64,000 nucleotides of DNA from Yuukianura sp. NJ FZ-2021 (Eukaryota), in assembly GCA_046563655.1 (NCBI GenBank), contig CM102287.1, positions 372,001-436,000 on the forward strand, written 5' to 3'. The position numbers were made by a program, and so were the translations under genes. Positions 1 to 14,600 of the stretch are shown here, piece by piece. Position 1 is the first letter of the stretch. Each line of letters begins with the position of its first letter. Under the pieces are notes generated by a model, which was not told the origin of the DNA, ran no database searches, and worked only from the letters and a program-made list of their open reading frames with translations.

Positions 1-147
1 ATCGTTCCGGAACGCATTTCTTTTGAATTCTTTGTTTTGAAACAAGAATTTTCCTAAATAAAAGTAACAAGATTAGGGACGACACAGCAAGTGAAAGTGG
101 GCTCCTGTAGCACTTATTATGAGGATTTCAAAAATGAAATTTACTTT

Positions 148-345
148 CTGTTTATTCTCACATTAGCATGTTCATTCTCACAAATTTAAGTCGTTTTCGA
201 CAAAATGGTGCTCGGCATTGCACTGGGTACCGTTTACCAACCCAAGATAAACTCCGAGGCAGAGCGGTTCATCCAGACTTTTAAGTACGCTCTAACCAGA
301 TTTAATGGCGATCTATCCACGCCAATTATCCTTGGGTTCCTGTAG
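148..345 (+). pseudogene. Degenerate LTR-retrotransposon (Gypsy-like) integrase core fragment; first of about 45 copies in the satellite
   Basis: 226-345 translates as GTVYQPKINSEAERFIQTFKYALTRFNGDLSTPIILGFL*; adjacent frames upstream give FKSF and RQNGARHCTG. This matches the rve pattern F..F...NGI.H..S..YHP.SNG.AERF.QT.K.AL, including the catalytic Glu helix. Frameshifts and a stop are present. Confidence 0.85.
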
Positions 346-3300
346 TACTTTTCAGGAGGATTTCAGAAAAGTAACTCATTTTCACCCGGCATCGCTCCGC
401 GTGGAGGTTTTTCGAAATATTTGTTTGGAAACAAATTTTCATAAAGAAAAGTAACGAGATTAGGGACGACACAGCAAGTGAAAGTGGGTTCCTGTAGCCC
501 TTTTTATGAGGATTTCAAAAATGTAGTTGACTGTTACCTAGCATCGTTCCGGAATGCATTTCTTTTGAATTCTCTGTTTTGAAACATGAATTTTCATAAA
601 TAAAAGTAACAAGATGAGGGACGACACAGCAAGTGAAAGTGGGCTCCTGTAGCACTTTTTATGAGGATTTCAAAAATGTAATTTACTTTTACCTGGCATC
701 GTTTCGGAATGCATTTCTTTTGAATTTTTGTTGTGAAACATGAATTTTCATAAATAAAGGTAACAAGATGAGGGACGACACAGCAAGTGAAAGTGGGCTT
801 CTGTAGCTCTTTTTATGAGGATTTCAAAAATGTAGTTGACTTTTACCTAGCATCGTTTCGGATTGCATTTCTTTTGAATTCTTTGTTTTGAAACATGAAT
901 TTTCATAAATAAAAGTAACAAGATTAGGGACGACACAGCAAGTGAAAGTGGGCTCTTGTAGCACTTTTTATGTGGATTTCAATGCTGTAGTTGATTTTTA
1001 CCCAGCATCGTTCCGGAACGCATTTCTTTTGAATTCTTTGTTTTGAAACAAGAATTTTCCTAAATAAAAGTAACAAGATTAGGGACGACACAGCAAGTGA
1101 AAGTGGGCTCCTGTAGCACTTATTATGAGGATTTCAAAAATGAAATTTACTTTCTGTTTATTCTCACATTAGCATGTTCATTCTCACAAATTTAAGTCGT
1201 TTTCGACAAAATGGTGCTCGGCATTGCCCTGGGTACCGTTTACCAACCCAAGATAAACTCCGAGGCAGAGCGGTTCATCCAGACTTTTAAGTACGCTCTA
1301 ACCAGATTTAATGGCGATCTATCCACGCCAATTATCCTTGGGTTCCTGTAGTACTTTTCAGGAGGATTTCAGAAAAGTAACTCATTTTCACCCGGCATCG
1401 CTCCGCGTGGAGGTTTTTCGAAATATTTGTTTGGAAACAAATTTTCATAAAGAAAAGTAACGAGATGAGGGACGACACAGCAAGTGAAAGTGGGTTCCTG
1501 TAGCCCTTTTTATGAGGATTTCAAAAATGTAGTTGACTGTTACCTAGCATCGTTCCGGAATTCATTTCTTTTGAATTCTTTGTTTTGAAACATGAATTTT
1601 CATAAATAAAAGTAACAAGATGAGGGACGACACAGCAAGTGAAAGTGGGCTCCTGTAGCACTTTTTATGAGGATTTCAAAAATGTAATTTACTTTTACCT
1701 GGCATCGTTTCGGAATGCATTTCTTTTGAATTTTTGTTGTGAAACGTGAATTTTCATAAATAAAGGTAACAAGATGAGGGACGACACAGCAAGTGAAAGT
1801 GGGCTTCTGTAGCTCTTTTTATGAGGATTTCAAAAATGTAGTTGACTTTTACCTAGCATCGTTTCGGAATGCATTTCTTTTGAATTCTTTGTTTTGAAAC
1901 ATGAATTTTCATAAATAAAAGTAACAAGATGTGGGACGACACAGCAAGTGAAAGTGGGCTTCTGTAGCTCTTTTTATGAGGATTTCAAAAATGTAGTTGA
2001 CTTTTACCTAGCATCGTTTCGGATTGCATTTCTTTTGAATTCTTTGTTTTGAAACATGAATTTTCATAAATAAAAGTAACAAGATTAGGGACGACACAGC
2101 AAGTGAAAGTGGGCTCCTGTAGCACTTTTTATGAGGATTTCAAAAATGTAATTTACTTTTACCTGGCATCGTTTCGGAATGCATTTCTTTTGAATTTTTG
2201 TTGTGAAACGTGAATTTTCATAAATAAAGGTAACAAGATGAGGGACGACACAGCAAGTGAAAGTGGGCTTCTGTAGCTCTTTTTATGAGGATTTCAAAAA
2301 TGTAGTTGACTTTTACCTAGCATCGTTTCGGAATGCATTTCTTTTGAATTCTTTGTTTTGAAACATGAATTTTCATAAATAAAAGTAACAAGGTTAGGGA
2401 CGACACAGCAAGTGAAAGTGGGCTTCTGTAGCTCTTTTTATGAGGATTTCAAAAATGTAGTTGACTTTTACCTAGCATCGTTTCGGATTGCATTTCTTTT
2501 GAATTCTTTGTTTTGAAACATGAATTTTCATAAATAAAAGTAACAAGATTAGGGACGACACAGCAAGTGAAAGTGGGCTCCTGTAGCACTTTTTATGTGG
2601 ATTTCAAAGCTGTAGTTGATTTTTACCCAGCATCGTTCCGGAACGCATTTCTTTTGAATTCTTTGTTTTGAAACAAGAATTTTCCTAAATAAAAGTAACA
2701 AGATTAGGGACGACACAGCAAGTGAAAGTGGGCTCCTGTAGCACTTATTATGAGGATTTCAAAAATGAAATTTACTTTCTGTTTATTCTCACATTAGCAT
2801 GTTCATTCTCACAAATTTAAGTCGTTTTCGACAAAATGGTGCTCGGCATTGCACTGGGTACCGTTTACCAACCCAAGATAAACTCCGAGGCAGAGCGGTT
2901 CATCCAGACTTTTAAGTACGCTCTAACCAGATTTAATGGCGATCTATCCACGCCAATTACCCTTGGGTTCCTGTAGTACTTTTCAGGAGGATTTCAGAAA
3001 AGTAACTCATTTTCACCCGGCATCGCTCCGCGTGGAGGTTTTTCGAAATATTTGTTTGGAAACAAATTTTCATAAAGAAAAGTAACGAGATGAGGGACGA
3101 CACAGCAAGTGAAAGTGGGTTCCTGTAGCCCTTTTTATGAGGATTTCAAAAATGTAGTTGACTGTTACCTAGCATCGTTCCGGAATTCATTTCTTTTGAA
3201 TTCTTTGTTTTGAAACATGAATTTTCATAAATAAAAGTAACAAGATGAGGGACGACACAGCAAGTGAAAGTGGGCTCCTGTAGCACTTTTTATGAGGATT

Positions 3301-5699
3301 TCAAAAATGTAATTTACTTTTACCTGGCATCGTTTCGGAATGCATTTCTTTTGAATTTTTGTTGTGAAACGTGAATTTTCATAAATAAAGGTAACAAGAT
3401 GAGGGACGACACAGCAAGTGAAAGTGGGCTTCTGTAGCTCTTTTTATGAGGATTTCAAAAATGTAGTTGACTTTTACCTAGCATCGTTTCGGAATGCATT
3501 TCTTTTGAATTCTTTGTTTTGAAACATGAATTTTCATAAATAAAAGTAACAAGATGTGGGACGACACAGCAAGTGAAAGTGGGCTTCTGTAGCTCTTTTT
3601 ATGAGGATTTCAAAAATGTAGTTGACTTTTACCTAGCATCGTTTCGGATTGCATTTCTTTTGAATTCTTTGTTTTGAAACATGAATTTTCATAAATAAAA
3701 GTAACAAGATTAGGGACGACACAGCAAGTGAAAGTGGGCTCCTGTAGCACTTTTTATGAGGATTTCAAAAATGTAATTTACTTTTACCTGGCATCGTTTC
3801 GGAATGCATTTCTTTTGAATTTTTGTTGTGAAACGTGAATTTTCATAAATAAAGGTAACAAGATGAGGGACGACACAGCAAGTGAAAGTGGGCTTCTGTA
3901 GCTCTTTTTATGAGGATTTCAAAAATGTAGTTGACTTTTACCTAGCATCGTTTCGGAATGCATTTCTTTTGAATTCTTTGTTTTGAAACATGAATTTTCA
4001 TAAATAAAAGTAACAAGGTTAGGGACGACACAGCAAGTGAAAGTGGGCTTCTGTAGCTCTTTTTATGAGGATTTCAAAAATGTAGTTGACTTTTACCTAG
4101 CATCGTTTCGGATTGCATTTCTTTTGAATTCTTTGTTTTGAAACATGAATTTTCATAAATAAAAGTAACAAGATTAGGGACGACACAGCAAGTGAAAGTG
4201 GGCTCCTGTAGCACTTTTTATGTGGATTTCAAAGCTGTAGTTGATTTTTACCCAGCATCGTTCCGGAACGCATTTCTTTTGAATTCTTTGTTTTGAAACA
4301 AGAATTTTCCTAAATAAAAGTAACAAGATTAGGGACGACACAGCAAGTGAAAGTGGGCTCCTGTAGCACTTATTATGAGGATTTCAAAAATGAAATTTAC
4401 TTTCTGTTTATTCTCACATTAGCATGTTCATTCTCACAAATTTAAGTCGTTTTCGACAAAATGGTGCTCGGCATTGCACTGGGTACCGTTTACCAACCCA
4501 AGATAAACTCCGAGGCAGAGCGGTTCATCCAGACTTTTAAGTACGCTCTAACCAGATTTAATGGCGATCTATCCACGCCAATTACCCTTGGGTTCCTGTA
4601 GTACTTTTCAGGAGGATTTCAGAAAAGTAACTCATTTTCACCCGGCATCGCTCCGCGTGGAGGTTTTTCGAAATATTTGTTTGGAAACAAATTTTCATAA
4701 AGAAAAGTAACGAGATGAGGGACGACACAGCAAGTGAAAGTGGGTTCCTGTAGCCCTTTTTATGAGGATTTCAAAAATGTAGTTGACTGTTACCTAGCAT
4801 CGTTCCGGAATTCATTTCTTTTGAATTCTTTGTTTTGAAACATGAATTTTCATAAATAAAAGTAACAAGATGAGGGACGACACAGCAAGTGAAAGTGGGC
4901 TCCTGTAGCACTTTTTATGAGGATTTCAAAAATGTAATTTACTTTTACCTGGCATCGTTTCGGAATGCATTTCTTTTGAATTTTTGTTGTGAAACGTGAA
5001 TTTTCATAAATAAAGGTAACAAGATGAGGGACGACACAGCAAGTGAAAGTGGGCTTCTGTAGCTCTTTTTATGAGGATTTCAAAAATGTAGTTGACTTTT
5101 ACCTAGCATCGTTTCGGAATGCATTTCTTTTGAATTCTTTGTTTTGAAACATGAATTTTCATAAATAAAGGTAACAAGATGTGCGACGACACAGCAAGTG
5201 AAAGTGGGCTCCTGTAGCACTTTTTATGAGGATTTCAAAAATGTAATTTACTTTTACCTGGCATCGTTTCGGAATGCATTTCTTTTGAATTCTTTGTTTT
5301 GAAACATGAATTTTCATAAATAAAAGTAACAAGATGAGGGACGACACAGCAAGTGAAAGTGGGCTCCTGTAGCACTTTTTATGAGGATTTCAAAAATGTA
5401 ATTTACTTTTACCTGACATCGTTTCGGAATGCATTTCTTTTGAATTTTTGTTGTGAAACGTGAATTTTCATAAATAAAGGTAACAAGATGAGGGACGACA
5501 CAGCAAGTGAAAGTGGGCTTCTGTAGCTCTTTTTATGAGGATTTCAAAAATGTAGTTGACTTTTACCTAGCATCGTTTCGGAATGCATTTCTTTTGAATT
5601 CTTTGTTTTGAAACATGAATTTTCATAAATAAAAGTAACAAGATTAGGGACGACACAGCAAGTGAAAGTGGGCTCCTGTAGCACTTTTTATGTGGATTT

Positions 5700-8600
5700 C
5701 AAAGCTGTAGTTGATTTTTACCCAGCATCGTTCCGGAATTCATTTCTTTTGAATTCTTTGTTTTGAAACATAGATTTTCATAAATAAAAGTAACAAGATG
5801 AGGGAGGACACAGCAAGTGAAAATGGGCTCCTGTAGCACATACTTTGAGGATTTCAAAAATGTAATTTACGTTCTGTTCATTCTCACATTAGCATGTGTA
5901 TTCTCAGAAATTTAAGTCGTTTTCGACAAAATGGTGCTCGGCATTGCCCTGGGTACCGTTTACCAACCCAAGATAAACTCCGAGGCAGAGCGGTTCATCC
6001 AGACTCTTAAGTACGCTCTAACCAGATTTAATGACGATCTATCCACGCCAATTATCCTTGGGTTCCTGTAGTACTTTTCAGGAGGATTTCAGAAAAGTAA
6101 CTCATTTTCACCCGGCATCGCTCCGCGTAGAGGTTTTTCGAAATATTTGTTTGGAAACAAATTTTCATAAAGAAAAGTAACGAGATGAGGGACGACACAG
6201 CAAGTGAAAGTGGGTTCCTGTAGCCCTTTTTATGAGGATTTCAAAAATGTAGTTGACTGTTACCTAGCATCGTTCCGGAATGCATTTCTTTTGAATTCTT
6301 TGTTTTGAAACATGAATTTTCCTAAATAAAAGTAACAAGATTAGGGACGACACAGCAAGTGAAAGTGGGCTCCTGTAGCACTGTTTATGAGGATTTCAAA
6401 GCTGTAGTTGACTTTTACCCAGCATCGTTCCGGAATGCATTTCTTTTGAATTCTTTGTTTTGAAACATGAATTTTCATAAATAAAGGTAACAAGATGTGG
6501 GACGACACAGCAAGTGAAAGTGGGCTCCTGCAGAACGTTTTATGAGGATTTCAAAGATGTAGTTGACTTTTACCCAGCATCGTTCCGGAATGCATTTCTT
6601 TTGAATTCTTTGTTTTGAAACATGAATTTTCATAAATAAAGGTAACAAGATGTGGGACGACACAGCAAGTGAAAGTGGGCTCCTGTAGCACTTTTTATGA
6701 GGATTTCAAAAATGTAATTTACTTTTACCTGGCATCGTTTCGGAATGCATTTCTTTTGAATTCTTTGTTTTGAAACATGAATTTTCCTAAATAAAAGTAA
6801 CAAGATTAGGGACGACACAGCAAGTGAAAGTGGGCTCCTGTAGCACTGTTTATGAGGATTTCAAAGCTGTAGTTGACTTTTACTCAGCATCGTTCCGGAA
6901 TGCATTTCTTTTGAATTCTTTGTTTTGAAACATGAATTTTCATAAATAAAGGTAACAAGATGTGGGACGACACAGCAAGTGAAAGTGGGCTCCTGTAGCA
7001 CTTTTTATGAGGATTTCAAAAATGTAATTTACTTTTACCTGGCATCGTTTCGGAATGCATTTCTTTTGAATTTTTGTTGTGAAACATGAATTTTCATAAA
7101 TAAAGGTAACAAGATGAGGGACGACACAGCAAGTGAAAGTGGGCTCCTGCAGAACGTTTTATGAGGATTTCAAAAATGTAGTTGACTTTTACCCAGCATC
7201 GTTCCGGAATGCATTTCTTTTGAATTCTTTGTTTTGAAACAAGAATTTTCCTAAATAAAAGTAACAAGATTAGGGACGACACAGCAAGTGAAAGTGGGCT
7301 CCTGTAGCACTTTTTATGAGGATTTCAAAAATGAAATTTACTTTCTGTTTATTCTCGCATTAGCATGTTCATTCTCACAAATTTAAGTTGTTTTCGACAA
7401 AATGGTGCTCGGCATTGCCCTGGGTACCGTTTACCAACCCAAGATAAACTCCGAGGCAGAGCGGTTCATCCAGAATTTTAAGTACGCTCTAACCAGATTT
7501 AATGGCGATCTATCCACGCCAATTATCCTTGGGTTCATGTAGTACTTTTCAGGAGGATTTCAGAAAAGTAACTCATTTTCACCCGGCATCGCTCCGCGTG
7601 GAGGTTTTTCGAAATATTTGTTTGGAAACAAATTTCCATGAAGAAACGTAACGAGATGAGGGACGACACAGCAAGTGAAAGTGGGTTCCTGTAGCCCTTT
7701 TTATGAGGATTTCAAAAATGTAGTTGACTTTTACCCAGCATCGTTCCGGAATGCATTTCTTTTGAATTCTTTGTTTTGAAACATGAATTTTCATAAATAA
7801 AGGTAACAAGATGTGGGACGACACAGCAAGTGAAAGTGGGCTCCTGTAGCACTTTTTATGAGGATTTCAAAAATGTAATTTACTTTTACCTGGCATCGTT
7901 TCGGAATGCATTTCTTTTGAATTCTTTGTTTTTAAACATGAATTTTCCTAAATAAAAGTAACAAGATTAGGGACGACACAGCAAGTGAAAATGGGCTCCT
8001 GTAGCACATATTATGAGGATTTCAAAAATGTAATTTACTTTCTGTTCATTCTCACATTAGCATGTTTATTCTCAGAAATTTAAGTCGTTTTCGACAAAAT
8101 GGTGCTCGGCATTGCCCTGGGTACCGTTTACCAACCCAAGATAAACTCCGAGGCAGAGCGGTTCATCCAGACTCTTAAGTACGCTCTAACCAGATTTAAT
8201 GGCGATCTATCCACGCCAATTATCCTTGGGTTCCTGTAGTACTTTTCAGGAGGATTTCAGAAAAGTAACTCATTTTCACCCGGCATCGCTCCGCGTAGAG
8301 GTTTTTCGAAATATTTGTTTGGAAACAAATTTTCATAAAGAAAAGTAACGAGATGAGGGACGACACAGCAAGTGAAAGTGGGTTCCTGTAGCCCTTTTTA
8401 TGAGGATTTCAAAAATGTAGTTGACTGTTACCTAGCATCGTTCCGGAATGCATTTCTTTTGAATTCTTTGTTTTGAAACATGAATTTTCCTAAATAAAAG
8501 TAACAAGATTAGGGACGACACAGCAAGTGAAAGTGGGCTCCTGTAGCACTTTTTATGAGGATTTCAAAAATGAAATTTACTTTCTGTTTATTCTCGCATT

Positions 8601-11600
8601 AGCATGTTCATTCTCACAAATTTAAGTTGTTTTCGACAAAATGGTGCTCGGCATTGCCCTGGGTACCGTTTACCAACCCAAGATAAACTCCGAGGCAGAG
8701 CGGTTCATCCAGAATTTTAAGTACGCTCTAACCAGATTTAATGGCGATCTATCCACGCCAATTATCCTTGGGTTCATGTAGTACTTTTCAGGAGGATTTC
8801 AGAAAAGTAACTCATTTTCACCCGGCATCGCTCCGCGTGGAGGTTTTTCGAAATATTTGTTTGGAAACAAATTTCCATGAAGAAACGTAACGAGATGAGG
8901 GACGACACAGCAAGTGAAAGTGGGTACCTGTAGCCCTTTTTATGAGGATTTCAAAAATGTAGTTGACTTTTACCCAGCATCGTTCCGGAATGCATTTCTT
9001 TTGAATTCTTTGTTTTGAAACATGAATTTTCATAAATAAAGGTAACAAGATGTGGGACGACACAGCAAGTGAAAGTGGGCTCCTGTAGCACTTTTTATGA
9101 GGATTTCAAAAATGTAATTTACTTTTACCTGGCATCGTTTCGGAATGCATTTCTTTTGAATTCTTTGTTTTTAAACATGAATTTTCCTAAATAAAAGTAA
9201 CAAGATTAGGGACGACACAGCAAGTGAAAATGGGCTCCTGTAGCACATATTATGAGGATTTCAAAAATGTAATTTACTTTCTGTTCATTCTCACATTAGC
9301 ATGTTCATTCTCAGAAATTTAAGTCGTTTTCAACAAAATGGTGCTCGGCATTGCCCTGGGTACCGTTTACCAACCCAAGATAAACTCCGAGGCAGAGCGG
9401 TTCATCCAGACTCTTAAGTACGCTCTAACCAGATTTAATGGCGATCTATCCACGCCAATTATCCTTGGGTTCCTGTAGTACTTTTCAGGAGGATTTCAGA
9501 AAAGTAACTCATTTTCACCCGGCATCGCTCCGCGTAGAGGTTTTTCGAAATATTTGTTTGGAAACAAATTTTCATAAAGAAAAGTAACGAGATGAGGGAC
9601 GACACAGCAAGTGAAAGTGGGTTCCTGTAGCCCTTTTTATGAGGATTTCAAAAATGTAGTTGACTGTTACCTAGCATCGTTCCGGAATGCATTTCTTTTG
9701 AATTCTTTGTTTTGAAACATGAATTTTCCTAAATAAAAGTAACAAGATTAGGGACGACACAGCAAGTGAAAGTGGGCTCCTGTAGCACTGTTTATGAGGA
9801 TTTCAAAGCTGTAGTTGACTTTTACCCAGCATCGTTCCGGAATGCATTTCTTTTGAATTCTTTGTTTTGAAACATGAATTTTCATAAATAAAGGTAACAA
9901 GATGTGGGACGACACAGCAAGTGAAAGTGGGCTCCTGTAGCACTTTTTATGAGGATTTCAAAAATGTAATTTACTTTTACCTGGCATCGTTTCGGAATGC
10001 ATTTCTTTTGAATTTTTGTTGTGAAACATGAATTTTCATAAATAAAGGTAACAAGATGAGGGACGACACAGCAAGTGAAAGTGGGCTCCTGCAGAACGTT
10101 TTATGAGGATTTCAAAAATGTAGTTGACTTTTACCCAGCATCGTTCCGGAATGCATTTCTTTTGAATTCTTTGTTTTGAAACAAGAATTTTCCTAAATAA
10201 AAGTAACAAGATTAGGGACGACACAGCAAGTGAAAGTGGGCTCCTGTAGCACTGTTTATGAGGATTTCAAAGCTGTAGTTGACTTTTACCCAGCATCGTT
10301 CCGGAATGCATTTCTTTTGAATTCTTTGTTTTGAAACATGAATTTTCATAAATAAAGGTAACAAGATGTGGGACGACACAGCAAGTGAAAGTGGGCTCCT
10401 GTAGCACTTTTTATGAGGATTTCAAAAATGTAATTTACTTTTACCTGGCATCGTTTCGGAATGCATTTCTTTTGAATTTTTGTTGTGAAACATGAATTTT
10501 CATAAATAAAGGTAACAAGATGAGGGACGACACAGCAAGTGAAAGTGGGCTCCTGCAGAACGTTTTATGAGGATTTCAAAAATGTAGTTGACTTTTACCC
10601 AGCATCGTTCCGGAATGCATTTCTTTTGAATTCTTTGTTTTGAAACAAGAATTTTCCTAAATAAAAGTAACAAGATTAGGGACGACACAGCAAGTGAAAG
10701 TGGGCTCCTGTAACACTTTTTATGAGGATTTCAAAAATGAAATTTACTTTCTGTTTATTCTCGCATTAGCATGTTCATTCTCACAAATTTAAGTTGTTTT
10801 CGACAAAATGGTGCTCGGCATTGCCCTGGGTACCGTTTACCAACCCAAGATAAACTCCGAGGCAGAGCGGTTCATCCAGAATTTTAAGTACGCTCTAACC
10901 AGATTTAATGGCGATCTATCCACGCCAATTATCCTTGGGTTAATGTAGTACTTTTCAGGAGGATTTCAGAAAAGTAACTCATTTTCACCCGGCATCGCTC
11001 CGCGTGTCGAAATATTTGTTTGGAAACAAATTTCCATGAAGAAACGTAACGAGATGAGGGACGACACAGCAAGTGAAAGTGGGCTCCTGTAGCACTGTTT
11101 ATGAGGATTTCAAAGCTGTAGTTGACTTTTACCCAACATCGTTCCGGAATGCATTTCTTTTGAATTCTTTGTTTTGAAACATGAATTTTCATAAATAAAG
11201 GTAACAAGATGTGGGACGACACAGCAAGTGAAAGTGGGCTCCTGTAGCACTTTTTATGAGGATTTCAAAAATGTAATTTACTTTTACCTGGCATCGTTTC
11301 GGAATGCATTTCTTTTGAATTTTTGTTGTGAAACATGAATTTTCATAAATAAAGGTAACAAGATGAGGGACGACACAGCAAGTGAAAGTGGGCTCCTGCA
11401 GAACGTTTTATGAGGATTTCAAAAATGTAGTTGACTTTTACCCAGCATCGTTCCGGAATGCATTTCTTTTGAATTCTTTGTTTTGAAACAAGAATTTTCC
11501 TAAATAAAAGTAACAAGATTAGGGACGACACAGCAAGTGAAAGTGGGCTCCTGCAGAACGTTTTATGAGGATTTCAAAAATGTAGTTGACTTTTACCCAG

Positions 11601-14600
11601 CATCGTTCCGGAATGCATTTCTTTTGAATTCTTTGTTTTGAAACAAGAATTTTCCTAAATAAAAGTAACAAGATTAGGGACGACACAGCAAGTGAAAGTG
11701 GGCTCCTGTAACACTTTTTATGAGGATTTCAAAAATGAAATTTACTTTCTGTTTATTCTCGCATTAGCATGTTCATTCTCACAAATTTAAGTTGTTTTCG
11801 ACAAAATGGTGCTCGGCATTGCCCTGGGTACCGTTTACCAACCCAAGATAAACTCCGAGGCAGAGCGGTTCATCCAGAATTTTAAGTACGCTCTAACCAG
11901 ATTTAATGGCGATCTATCCACGCCAATTATCCTTGGGTTAATGTAGTACTTTTCAGGAGGATTTCAGAAAAGTAACTCATTTTCACCCGGCATCGCTCCG
12001 CGTGTCGAAATATTTGTTTGGAAACAAATTTCCATGAAGAAACGTAACGAGATGAGGGACGACACAGCAAGTGAAAGTGGCCTCCTGTAGCACTGTTTAT
12101 GAGGATTTCAAAGCTGTAGTTGACTTTTACCCAACATCGTTCCGGAATGCATTTCTTTTGAATTCTTTGTTTTGAAACATGAATTTTCATAAATAAAGGT
12201 AACAAGATGTGGGACGACACAGCAAGTGAAAGTGGGCTCCTGTAGCACTTTTTATGAGGATTTCAAAAATGTAATTTACTTTTACCTGGCATCGTTTCGG
12301 AATGCATTTCTTTTGAATTTTTGTTGTGAAACATGAATTTTCATAAATAAAGGTAACAAGATGAGGGACGACACAGCAAGTGAAAGTGGGCTCCTGCAGA
12401 ACGTTTTATGAGGATTTCAAAAATGTAGTTGACTTTTACCCAGCATCGTTCCGGAATGCATTTCTTTTGAATTCTTTGTTTTGAAACAAGAATTTTCCTA
12501 AATAAAAGTAACAAGATTAGGGACGACACAGCAAGTGAAAGTGGGCTCCTGTAGCACTGTTTATGAGGATTTCAAAAATGAAATTTACTTTCTGTTTATT
12601 CTCGCATTAGCATGTTCATTCTCACAAATTTAAGTTGTTTTCGACAAAATGGTGCTCGGCATTGCCCTGGGTACCGTTTACCAACCCAAGATAAACTCCG
12701 AGGCAGAGCGGTTCATCCAGACTCTTAAGTACGCTCTAACCAGATTTAATGGCGATCTATCCACGCCAATTATCCTTGGGTTCCTGTAGTACTTTTCAGG
12801 AGGATTTCAGAAAAGTAACTCATTTTCACCCGGCATCGCTCCGCGTAGAGGTTTTTCGAAATATTTGTTTGGAAACAAATTTTCATAAAGAAAAGTAACG
12901 AGATGAGGGACGACACAGCAAGTGAAAGTGGGTTCCTGTAGCCCTTTTTATGAGGATTTCAAAAATGTAGTTGACTGTTACCTAGCATCGTTCCGGAATG
13001 CATTTCTTTTGAATTCTTTGTTTTGAAACATGAATTTTCCTAAATAAAAGTAACAAGATTAGGGACGACACAGCAAGTGAAAGTGGGCTCCTGTAGCACT
13101 GTTTATGAGGATTTCAAAGCTGTAGTTGACTTTTACCCAGCATCGTTCCGGAATTCATTTCTTTTGAATTCTTTGTTTTGAAACATAGATTTTCATAAAT
13201 AAAAGTAACAAGATGAGGGAGGACACAGCAAGTGAAAATGGGCTCCTGTAGCACATACTTTGAGGATTTCAAAAATGTAATTTACGTTCTGTTCATTCTC
13301 ACATTAGCATGTGTATTCTCAGAAATTTAAGTCGTTTTCGACAAAATGGTGCTCGGCATTGCCCTGGGTACCGTTTACCAACCCAAGATAAACTCCGAGG
13401 CAGAGCGGTTCATCCAGACTCTTAAGTACGCTCTAACCAGATTTAATGACGATCTATCCACGCCAATTATCCTTGGGTTCCTGTAGTACTTTTCAGGAGG
13501 ATTTCAGAAAAGTAACTCATTTTCACCCGGCATCGCTCCGCGTAGAGGTTTTTCGAAATATTTGTTTGGAAACAAATTTTCATAAAGAAAAGTAACGAGA
13601 TGAGGGACGACACAGCAAGTGAAAGTGGGTTCCTGTAGCCCTTTTTATGAGGATTTCAAAAATGTAGTTGACTGTTACCTAGCATCGTTCCGGAATGCAT
13701 TTCTTTTGAATTCTTTGTTTTGAAACATGAATTTTCCTAAATAAAAGTAACAAGATTAGGGACGACACAGCAAGTGAAAGTGGGCTCCTGTAGCACTGTT
13801 TATGAGGATTTCAAAGCTGTAGTTGACTTTTACCCAGCATCGTTCCGGAATGCATTTCTTTTGAATTCTTTGTTTTGAAACATGAATTTTCATAAATAAA
13901 GGTAACAAGATGTGGGACGACACAGCAAGTGAAAGTGGGCTCCTGCAGAACGTTTTATGAGGATTTCAAAGATGTAGTTGACTTTTACCCAGCATCGTTC
14001 CGGAATGCATTTCTTTTGAATTCTTTGTTTTGAAACATGAATTTTCATAAATAAAGGTAACAAGATGTGGGACGACACAGCAAGTGAAAGTGGGCTCCTG
14101 TAGCACTTTTTATGAGGATTTCAAAAATGTAATTTACTTTTACCTGGCATCGTTTCGGAATGCATTTCTTTTGAATTCTTTGTTTTGAAACATGAATTTT
14201 CCTAAATAAAAGTAACAAGATTAGGGACGACACAGCAAGTGAAAGTGGGCTCCTGTAGCACTGTTTATGAGGATTTCAAAGCTGTAGTTGACTTTTACTC
14301 AGCATCGTTCCGGAATGCATTTCTTTTGAATTCTTTGTTTTGAAACATGAATTTTCATAAATAAAGGTAACAAGATGTGGGACGACACAGCAAGTGAAAG
14401 TGGGCTCCTGTAGCACTTTTTATGAGGATTTCAAAAATGTAATTTACTTTTACCTGGCATCGTTTCGGAATGCATTTCTTTTGAATTTTTGTTGTGAAAC
14501 ATGAATTTTCATAAATAAAGGTAACAAGATGAGGGACGACACAGCAAGTGAAAGTGGGCTCCTGCAGAACGTTTTATGAGGATTTCAAAAATGTAGTTGA

